From Pecten maximus (taxonomy: Eukaryota): 64,000 nucleotides of DNA. Shown one piece after another: positions 29,601 to 41,600 of the stretch. Below the pieces are notes generated by a model. The model was given only the letters and a program-made list of their open reading frames with translations. It made no database searches and was not told where the DNA came from. A program made the position numbers and the translations under genes. Position 1 is the stretch's first letter, and each line of letters opens with the position of its first letter. The stretch spans positions 8,432,001-8,496,000 of the forward strand of contig NC_047018.1 of assembly GCF_902652985.1 (NCBI RefSeq), in the 5' to 3' direction.

Positions 29601-32600
29601 CAATGAAATACAGTACGGTATACTACATGTAAGGACAATGAAATACAGTACGGTATACTACAGGTAAGGCCAATGAAATACTGTACGGTATGTACTACAG
29701 GTAAGGACAATGAAATACAGTACGGTATACTACAGGTAAGGACAATGAAATACAGTACGGTATACTACAGGTAAGGACTATAAATACAGTACGGTATACT
29801 ACAGGTATGGACAATGAAATACAGTACGGTATACTACAGGTAAGGACAATTAAATACAGTACGGTATACTACATGTAAGGACAATGAAATACAGTACGGT
29901 ATACTACAGGTATGGACAATGAAATACAGTACGGTATACTACAGGTAAGGACAATGAAATTCAGTACGGTATACTACAGGTAAGGACAATGAAATACAGT
30001 ACGGTATAATACAGGTATGGACAATGAAATACAGTACGGTATACTACAGGTATGGACTATAAATACAGTACGGTATACTACAGGTAAGGACAATGAAATA
30101 CAGTACGGTATACTACAGGTAAGGACAATGAAATACAGTACGGTATACTACAGGTAAGGACAATGAAATACAGTACGGTATACTACAGGTATGGACAATG
30201 TTATACAAATACAGTATGGTATACTACATGTAAGGACACTGAAATACAGTACGGTATACTACAGGTAAGGACAATGAAATACAGTACGGTATACTACAGG
30301 TAAGGACAATGTTATACAAATACAGTATGGTATACTACAGGTAAGGACACTGAAATACAGTACGGTATACTACAGGTAAGGACAATGAAATACAGTACGG
30401 TATACTACAGGTAAGGACAATGAAATACAGTACGGTATACTACAGGTAAGGACAATGAAATACAGTACGGTATACTACAGGTAAGGACAATGAAATACAG
30501 TACGGTATACTACAGGTAAGGCCAATGAAATACTGTACGGTATGTACTACAGGTAAGGACAATGAAATACAGTACGGTATACTACAGGTAAGGACAATGA
30601 AATACAGTACGGTATACTACAGGTAAGGACTATAAATACAGTACGGTATACTACAGGTATGGACAATGAAATACAGTACGGTATACTACAGGTAAGGACA
30701 ATTAAATACAGTACGGTATACTACATGTAAGGACAATGAAATACAGTACGGTATACTACAGGTATGGACAATGAAATACAGTACGGTATACTACAGGTAA
30801 GGACAATGAAATTCAGTACGGTATACTACAGGTAAGGACAATGAAATACAGTACGGTATAATACAGGTATGGACAATGAAATACAGTACGGTATACTACA
30901 GGTATGGACTATAAATACAGTACGGTATACTACAGGTAAGGACAATGAAATACAGTACGGTATACTACAGGTAAGGACAATGAAATACAGTACGGTATAC
31001 TACAGGTAAGGACAATGAAATACAGTACGGTATACTACAGGTATGGACAATGTTATACAAATACAGTATGGTATACTACATGTAAGGACACTGAAATACA
31101 GTACGGTATACTACAGGTAAGGACAATGAAATACAGTACGGTATACTACAGGTAAGGACAATGTTATACAAATACAGTATGGTATACTACAGGTAAGGAC
31201 ACTGAAATACAGTACGGTATACTACAGGTAAGGACAATGAAATACAGTACGGTATACTACAGGTAAGGACAATGAAATACAGTACGGTATACTACAGGTA
31301 AGGACAATGAAATACAGTACGGTATACTACAGGTAAGGACAATGAAATACAGTACGGTATACTACAGGTAAGGACAATGGAATTCAGTACGGTATACTAC
31401 AGGTAAGGACAATGAAATACAGTACGGTATACTACAGGTATGGACAATGTTATACAAATACAGTATGGTATACTACAGGTAAGGACACTGAAATACAGTA
31501 CGGTATACTACAGGTAAGGACAATGAAATACAGTACGGTATACTACAGGTAAGGACAATGTTATTCAAATACAGTATGGTATACTACAGGTAAGGACACT
31601 GAAATACAGTACGGTATACTACAGGTAAGGACAATGAAATACAGTACGGTATACTTCAGGTAAGGACAATGAAATACAGTACGGTATACTACAGGTAAGG
31701 ACAATGAAATACAGTACGGTATACTACAGGTAAGGACAATGAAATACAGTACGGTATACTACAGGTAAGGACAATGAAATACAGTACGGTATACTACAGG
31801 TATGGACTATGAAATACAGTACGGTATACTACAGGTAAGGACAATGAAATACAGTACGGTATACTACAGGTAAGGACTATAAATACAGTACGGTATACTA
31901 CAGGTAAGGACAATTAAATACAGTACGGTATACTACAGATATGGACAATGAAATACAGTATGGTATACTACAGGTAAGGACAATGAAATACAGTACGGTA
32001 TACTACAGGTAAGGACAATGAAATACAGTACGGTATACTACAGGTAAGGACAGTGAAATACAGTACGGTATACTACAGGTAAGGACAATGAAATACAGTA
32101 CGGTATACTACAGGTAAGGACAATGGAATTCAGTACGGTATACTACAGGTAAGGACAATGAAATACAGTACGGTATACTACAGGTATGGACAATGTTATA
32201 CAAATACAGTATGGTATACTACAGGTAAGGACACTGAAATACAGTACGGTATACTACAGGTAAGGACAATGAAATACAGTACGGTATACTACAGGTAAGG
32301 ACAATGTTATTCAAATACAGTATGGTATACTACAGGTAAGGACACTGAAATACAGTACGGTATACTACAGGTAAGGACAATGAAATACAGTACGGTATAC
32401 TACAGGTAAGGACAATGAAATACAGTACGGTATACTACAGGTAAGGACAATGAAATACAGTACGGTATACTACAGGTAAGGACAATGAAATACAGTACGG
32501 TATACTACAGGTAAGGACAATGAAATACAGTACGGTATACTACAGGTATGGACTATGAAATACAGTACGGTATACTACAGGTAAGGACAATGAAATACAG

Positions 32601-35600
32601 TACGGTATACTACAGGTAAGGACTATAAATACAGTACGGTATACTACAGGTAAGGACAATTAAATACAGTACGGTATACTACAGATATGGACAATGAAAT
32701 ACAGTATGGTATACTACAGGTAAGGACAATGAAATACAGTACGGTATACTACAGGTAAGGACAATGAAATACAGTACGGTATACTACAGGTAAGGACAGT
32801 GAAATACAGTACGGTATACTACAGGTATGGACAATGTTAGGATATATATAGTATGTCCATTACACAGTTACAAACACAATGTATCAGATTTTCTCAACTC
32901 TCATCTTGGGTTTATACATTCGTTCACAGGCACTAGTACCGTACAAACGTGTGCTCCGGTCGCATTCATATTTACACGTTTATTTTACAAAATATGGACG
33001 TGTCATGCAATCTATAATATTAACTTATCCTCTGATCCCAGACGGTACCAACCAGTAATAAATACTGCCCCGTCGGATTCACTCCATTGACTCGTCCATC
33101 TCATTTCCATACGCACCCTCGTCGAAACGTTAAATTCATCTTCGCTCGTCTAGACAAGATACCGAACAGTTACGGTCCAACATATGTTGATAACGTTACC
33201 GACCTGCTCGCCATTCCCTGTCCGTATACGTTTCCACCAGACCTTATCCTCAACAGGTTGTCGATGCTCTTGATACAGCTATCAGTTTAGATGTAGAGAT
33301 GTCGCCAGTGTTAGGACGGGTTCCCAACCTGTAACCGACATTGTCATATTAAAGAGCTCGCGTATTGTTTAATACAAACACCTGTGTTTTGTTTGATGGA
33401 ATCGTGCAATGATACAACATTGCCATTATGGTGAAAATTTATTTGCGCTAATAAACATTTGTCCTTTAAGACTACCTCAAAAAACCTAGGAATATGGTTC
33501 ATATGTTTGTTCCATTTTATCCAGGAAGAATGTAGTCAGTAATAAATCACAGTTCGCGTTGATCGAGTCCATACATGGTCAGGATTGATGTTATAATTCA
33601 AAATGGTTGACAGGCCTGCAATAAGCGCTCGCTCGGTGGTGGATCACAGGGGATAAACATTCATTAGAGCTGTGATCTAATTGAAATTTAGTACATAGAC
33701 GAGATATTACACACGCTGACCTTGGTGTGTTGCTAAGCGCTGACATTACAGGCCACGCGACCGCGGTCCACACGGCAACCTCCCATGGCGTGATCTTCGG
33801 TTGCGGGCAGCAGGCGATTCACACAAACAAACCCTCAAACAAAACAGAATCAAATTTATTACCATTTAAGATTCATCACTAGGGAACATCATGTACTATT
33901 ACAAGAAATCCATATGTAAGACTATATACAGTTATATAGATATATAACAGTGTCTTCAGTAATCACGCGTGAAAAATATCAAAATATTAGCCACACGAGT
34001 GAAATATATTTGTTATTACTGAAGATACTGTTAGATATTCTATTTATTACATTGTATAGCAAAATATGCCGATGCAGCTCAATCTCTCCCAGAATTCATT
34101 GCGGCCCCCTGTCAACGGCTCACAAAAGTACGCCAATCGTGACGTTGTGTATTCTATCTTGCATTATGACGTCGTATAGCATGACGGAGAGTTGTATGCA
34201 AATCTTATATTTCCCCGTTGTCGTTTGAAAGCAGTGTTCTGATTGGTCAAATCAGAAAAAATTTATATTTATAGAATTAACTTTTCGATATTTCACTGGT
34301 AAAAACGTACTAAAATGTTTAATATAATGTGATAGGTCTAAATATCCTTAATATAGTCATCTGAACCCGACAAAGTTTGGTTGTGATCCTAAGGATTCCA
34401 TATACCAACTCCTTTTACTGTTAATATCAATTAATTTTTTATATCTAACTATATTATATTCATTTACGTAACAGATCACAGAGGCCTTATGTTACCTTCA
34501 CGCTGTGGAGCAGATGGTTCACAAGAATGTATGTCCACAATCTATCCTCATCACCAAGAGAGGCACGTGGAAACTGTCGGCCCTGTGCTTCGCCGAGACA
34601 GTGCGTGATGGAAAGGTAGGGTATTTCAAAATGTGTGACCATAAGTGTACAATAGGTGTGACCGTTAGTGTGGAATAGTTGTGACCGTAAGTGTAGAATA
34701 GGTGTGACCGATAGTGTATAACAGGTGTGACCGATAGTGAAGAATAGGTGTGACTGTTAGTGTATAATAGGTGTGACGATAGTGTAGAATAGGTATGACT
34801 GTTAGTGTATAATAGGTGTGACGATAGTGAAGAATAGGTGTGACTGTTAGTGTATAATAGGTGTGACGATAGTGTAGAATAGGTGTGACCGATAGTGTAT
34901 AATAGGTGTGACTGTTAGTGTAGAATAGGTGTGACTGTTAGTGCATAATAGGTGTGACCGATAGTGTATAATAGACGTGACTGTTAGTGTATAATATGTG
35001 TGGCCGTTAGTGTAGAATAGGTGTGACCGATACTGTATAATAGGTGTGACCGATAGTGTATAATAGGTGTGACTGTTAGTGTATAATAGGTGTGACTGTT
35101 AGTGTATAATAGGTGTGACCGATAGTGTATAATAGGTGTGACCGTTAGGGTAGAATAGGTGTGACTGTTAGTGTATAATAGGTGTGACTGTTAGTGTATA
35201 ATAGGTGTGACCGATAGTGTATAATAGGTGTGACCGTTAGTGTATAATAGGTGTGACTGTTAGTGTATAATAGGTGTGACTGTTAGTGTATAATAGGTGT
35301 GACCGTTAGTGTAGAATAGGTGTGACCGATAGTGTATAATAGGTGTGACCGATAGTGTATAATAGGTGTGACCGATAGTGTATAATAGGTGTGACCGATA
35401 GTGTATAATAGGTGTGACCGTTAGTGTATAATAGGTGTGACCGATAGTGTATAATAGGTGTGACCGTTAGTGTATAATAGGTGTGACTGTTAGTGTATAA
35501 TAGTTGTGACTGTTAGTGTAGAATAGGTGTGACTGATAGTGTATAATAGGTGTGACTGTTAGTGTATAATAGGTGTGACCGTTAGTGTATAATAGGTGTG

Positions 35601-38600
35601 ACCGTTAGTGTATAATAGGTGTGACCGTTAGTGTATAATAGGTGTGACCGATAGTGTATAATAGGTGTGGCCGATAGTATATAATATGTGTGACTGTTAG
35701 TGTAGAATAGGTGTGACTGTTAGTGTATAATAGGTGTGACCGTTAGGGTATAATAGGTGTGACCGATAGTGTATAATAGGTGTGACCGTTAGGGTAGAAT
35801 AGGTGAGACCGTTAGTGTATAATATGTGTAACCGTTAGAATAGTGTTAAATATCACAAGATAGAAATACAGTTAGATATGCGCGTCTATTTATTACCATA
35901 GGTGTTATTTGTAATACTACTCTAGACTTTACCATCCCAAAAATCTCAAAATATTCAGAATGATCCGAAGGCAGTGTTTATATGGAATCGGCGGAGGAAT
36001 TATATATAGACATGTATATTTTGTGTTATTCTAAATCATTACGTAGACGTGCATTAAATGGTATTTTAAAGCGATACTATCAATTTGAAAAAGATTTACG
36101 TTAAGAAAGGAATTCAAATAAGAGATCTTGACCCTATCATCTTTGTCTGTGGATAGTAATAAATGTGTACGAAATATACAACCGAGTCTGTCGGCGTATG
36201 GAATGGACAAGACCAGTAGACAAAGCCTCCCAGTGATGGTATACGCTAGACATTGTTTGGGGATTACAGAACACATTTAACAATAACTTGATTGATGATG
36301 TGACGGTGATGGTGATGAATTATTCATGGACTGATTTGATTAGGGATTCTTTTACTAATTAATGGGGTGAGAAATACATATATAGACGCAACGGCTTCTT
36401 TTCCCTTTTTACAAATGAACGAGGTATATGTTCGTTATGTTGTAATAATTTCCAGTTTATACTATGATGAAGGTATTATTTAAATGTCGATTACAAATTA
36501 AACCTAATGACCAACGTTAAAGCAACAATGGAACCTTATTAAAACGTATAATATCAACATTCTTTACTCCCTATTGCTAATCTAACTAGTTACATCAATA
36601 CCCTATAATCCCCATTGCTAATCTAACTTGCTACATCAATGGTCTATAATCCCCATTGCTAATCTAACTTGCTACATCAATAGTCTATAATCCCCATTGC
36701 TAATCTAACTTGCTACATCAATACCCTATAATCCCCATTGCTAATCTAACTAGTTACATCAATACCCTATAATCCCCATTGCTAATCTAACTTGCTACAT
36801 CAATACCCTATAATCCCCATTGCTAATCTAACTTGCTACATCAATAGTCTATAATCCCCATTGCTAATCTAACTTGCTACATCAATAGTCTATAATCCCC
36901 ATTGCTAATCTAACTTGCTACATCAATAGTCTATAATCCCCATTGCTAATCTAACTAGTTACATCAATACCCTATATCATTCTAATCTAACTAGTACATC
37001 AATACCCTATTAATCCCATTACAATCTACTGGTACTAATACTATTATAACCCATTACAATCTAACTTGAAATCAATACCGATAATCACCATTGCTAATCT
37101 AACTAGTAATTCATACTATAATCCCATACCTATATAACTAGTACATTCAATACCTAATACCCCATGTAATATAACTTGCTACATCAAATTATATCCCATG
37201 CTAACTAACTGTACATCAATACCTATAATCCCCATGATAATCTAACTTGCTACATCAATAGTCTATAATCCCCATTGCTAATCTAACTGTGCTAATCAAT
37301 TAGTCTATAATCCCTTAATCTAACTAGTACTAATAGTCTTACCATGCTAATTCTAACTAGTTATTAGTGCAACTAGCCTAATCTAACTATCAATATCTTA
37401 ATTTTGCTAAACTTGCTACATCAATAGCTCATAATCCCCATTCGCTAATCTAACTAGATCTACATTAATACCCTCTACTCCCCATAACGATCTAACTTCG
37501 ACCCCTACATCAATACCCTTTAATCCCCATTGTAATCTGAACTTGCTACATCAATAGTCTATAATTCCCCATTGCTAATCTAACTTAGCTACATACAATA
37601 CCCTCTAATCCCCATTAACCGATCTAACTTGCTACATCAATACCCTCTAATACCCCATGCTAATCTAACTTGCCTACATCAATACCCTTGAATCCCAATT
37701 GCTAATCTAAACTAGTACATCAATACCTATAATCCCACATTGCTAATCCTAACTTGCTACATCAATAGTCCTATAATCCCCCATTCCTAATGCTAACTTG
37801 CTAGAATTCAATAGTCTATAATCCCCCCATTGCTAATCTAATTGCCAACATCAATACCCTATAATTCCCCCATTCGCCTAATCTAACTAGTTCACATCAA
37901 TACCCTATAATCCCCATTACTAATCTAACTTGCTACATGAATACCCTATAATCCCCATTGCTAATCTAACTTGCTACATCAATACCCTTAAATCCCCATT
38001 GCTAATCTAACTTGCTACATCCATACCTTGTTATCCCCATTGCTAATCAAACTTCTTACATTAAAACCCTTATCATTAAATGATAACTAAGAACTATGCC
38101 ATGGTAACTAGGAGTTATTTACTGGTTACTAGGGATTACTAAATGATAACTAGGAATTACAAAATGGTAACTAGGAATTACTAAATGATAACTAGAAATC
38201 ATTTTAAGGTAACTAGGAATTATGTAATGGTAACTAGGAATTATGTAATGGTAACTAGGAATTTTATAATGGTAACTAGGAATTTTATAATGGTAACTAG
38301 GAATTATATAATGGTAACTAGGAATTATTCAATTGTATCTAGGAATCATGTAATGGTAACTCGGAATTATTAAAATGTAAAAAGTATTTGTTCAAAGGTA
38401 ACTAGGTATTATTTAGTGGTAACTAGGCTTAATGGTAACTAGGTATTATTTAGTGGTAACTAGGCTTAATGGTAACTAGGTATTATTTAGTGGTAACTAG
38501 GCTTAATGGTAACTAGGTATTATTTAGTTGTAACTAGGCTTAATGGTAACTAGGTATTATTTAGTGGTAACTAGGCATTGCTTAATGTTCCAAACATTTA

Positions 38601-41600
38601 TCTCTTTTGTTCTAACGAAACCGATTCTGACTTTGATCCATTTATTTCAAATAAAGCCACAGACAAGATGTGAAAAGAAATATGATTATTTTTTCATAAG
38701 ATTTACAGATAATGTAAACATAGAAAAGGTTGATAAATGTATGACTGGTGCCTAGACTTTGGTAAATGGTTTAAAGGTAATGTAAATATAGAAAAGGTTA
38801 ATACATGTATGACTGGTGTCTAGACTTTGGTAAATGGTTTATTGTCTGGGGACTTACAAGCAAAACAAATTGTCTTAATCAATTAACACAATGAATCTAG
38901 TTCTGGGACACACGAGTACATTAAATAAAGGATATTTGAGTCAATAGTACATTATCCTACATTAAACATGATTCGATGATGTAATTGCATTGGTTAATAA
39001 GAGATTTGATTAACCTAGTTGTAATAATAATCTGTATCTGACAGATAGATCCCTGTGTTAGCGCGGTCCATCAGTGTTCTCTGTGTAGTTCGTGTGTACC
39101 CGTTCACTGTGCTAATGACGTGTCCTCTGTGTAGTTCGTGTGTACCCGTTCACTGTGCTAATGACGTGTCCTCTGTGTAGTTCGTGTGTACCCGTTCACT
39201 GTGGTAATGACGTTTCCTCTGTGTAGTTCGTGTGTACCCGTTCACTGTGGTAATGACGTAGGGGAGTGTTTCTGATAGCAGTTCTAGATCTATATCTCTT
39301 TAAATCTGGTATTCTGTTATTTAGAATGTGTACAGAACTGTTCATGATTCGATATATATTTATATATGTACGTCACTTCCGGATGAATTTGTGACTCCAC
39401 TACGATGTATCCACTTCCTGTTTACGAACTGGTGTGTTGTTGAAAATCACTTAGGTACTTCTAAATATATTTGAGCACTCTCTCATTCCATTGATACATC
39501 GAAATGTATCTGGGATAGAAAAACAATAAGTAGGCAAATTCATTTTGTGACCACCAAGCTGTATCGGATTGGTTGTGATAATGCAATAATAAACTGTTCA
39601 TTACGGACTGTTTATCTTTAACATATCGGTAAGATATAGATAAACTGAATAGGAAATCGTCCGGCCATTGTTCTACTGAATGCGTCAGACGTTGTTGTAT
39701 CGCTATAAATCGTAATGGAGACACACATGTGGGAATGATGAAGGATATAAGAGTCAGAGGGCGTATATTATTGAGTATTGGATAGCATGTGATAGATAGT
39801 AGGACAGACAGGCTTATTATTACCTATAATGGAAACATAACAACCGGTATAAAAGTATACAACAATATTAATCAAGGCCAAAACACGTACAAATTAAGTT
39901 TATGCTTCATACAATTTGAATGTGTATTGAGTTGCTTGTAATATAATGATGACATAGCTGTCTATTTCGAAACTTGTGTAAAATACTTTGATCCATGTGG
40001 CTTGTTCGTAGTGTTAAATAGTCTCTCAGATGACGAAACATGCTTCTTTAGCTCCGGAGGTACGCCGGGGATTATCGCGTCGGGTTCCTGTCGAGGCACT
40101 CGGCAGGGATATGTTTTTCATTTCTTTCATATTTGTATATAAAGCTGTTTTGTTTTTGCAGGATTCTGTGATTTGTCATCCCTGGAGTACTAAAGTGCCT
40201 AAAATGGCTCAGCCTGATTTGAACTACATAGCCCCTGAGACCCAAAACTCAAAATACTGCTACTTTTTAAGTGATATGTTTGCTCTCGGAATGGTCATAT
40301 GCACTATATTCAATACTGGTACACCACTTATAGAGGCGGAACATAACACAACTACCTATCAAAAACAGCTAGAATTCGTAAGTATATATAAAGGGTATAC
40401 CAGGTAAGTATATAACTATTACAACTGACCACAGTTTCACAATAAGAGGAGTCCTTAAACTTAGCATTTTCCACGGTAAACATCATTGGAAAGGGAGTTT
40501 TCCTTAAACACTAATGCTTTTCTAAGGGAAAATTTAGTGGAGGGATGTCTTTAAGATACAGATTATTGCTGATATTGAGGCCAGACTAGTCAAGTGCCGA
40601 GCGTTAGTTTTCGGGAAGGTTCCTGGTTTATAAAAGTATCCCCTCATGATCCAGGTGTATCAGTGACAATGACAATATTTTATTCTCATAAACATATAAA
40701 GTGTAGAGAATTATACATACAAAATTTGTACAGGACATATGATATAATACATCGATACATTTGTTAAGCAAGAGATTATCTTAAATATTGTTGAGTCGTA
40801 TACTTATTTCTTTAATTAATTTCACAAGTGATTTCAATTCATCGTCTACTACAAAATTAAAAAGTGTATTAAATTTGAATGTACTTGGTCTTTCATAATA
40901 GTATCTAGATATATATTTTTTTCTGTTTAATGCTATTTGATGATCGCTGCAATTAAATAGATAATGGAATTCGTCTCCTATTTCATTCAGGTTACACAGA
41001 CTACAGATTCTATTTTCTCTTGGGATGTTATTCCATCTTCCGTATTCGATTGGTAATTTAATGTTACAAGTTCGAAATTTACAATAGGAATTAGCTAGCT
41101 TAGGAGGGAGGTCAAGTAGATATTTTTCTAAACTTAAATCATGTTTATAAATTCTGTAATTGGTCCCTTACGGAGAATTGAAAACGTCATTTTTCCAATT
41201 ACATATGAACAAATTTCTTAGGGTATGAAAAACAGTATTTTTTAAGCAGCGTATACTAGTAAATTCATGGTTTTCAAAAACATCTAATATATAATCAGTC
41301 GATATGAAGGTAACATGTCGGTGAACAGAACTAAAGGATACATCGGTATACACAACGAGTACTTGTGTCTTTTGCAACTTTTAAAAAATAACTTACGAGT
41401 GTGAAATAAATTCCATATCCAACAATTACGAGTCGTGTGACCTGTTTCTACCACAATGATATCGGCTTGAATCAAAGGGAAACGTGGCCAAGTATAATTT
41501 CGCGTATGCAAATAAAGTGTACCGGTGACGTCCGGAACCCGGTGATGTGACGTCATTCGATTATTGATGACGTCAAGAACAATTGCAGCTTGGGTCAAAG

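Noticed and set aside
40378-40409. Second donor cag|gtaagt 26 nt downstream of the exon
   Set aside because: Out of frame with the next exon; no support for use.
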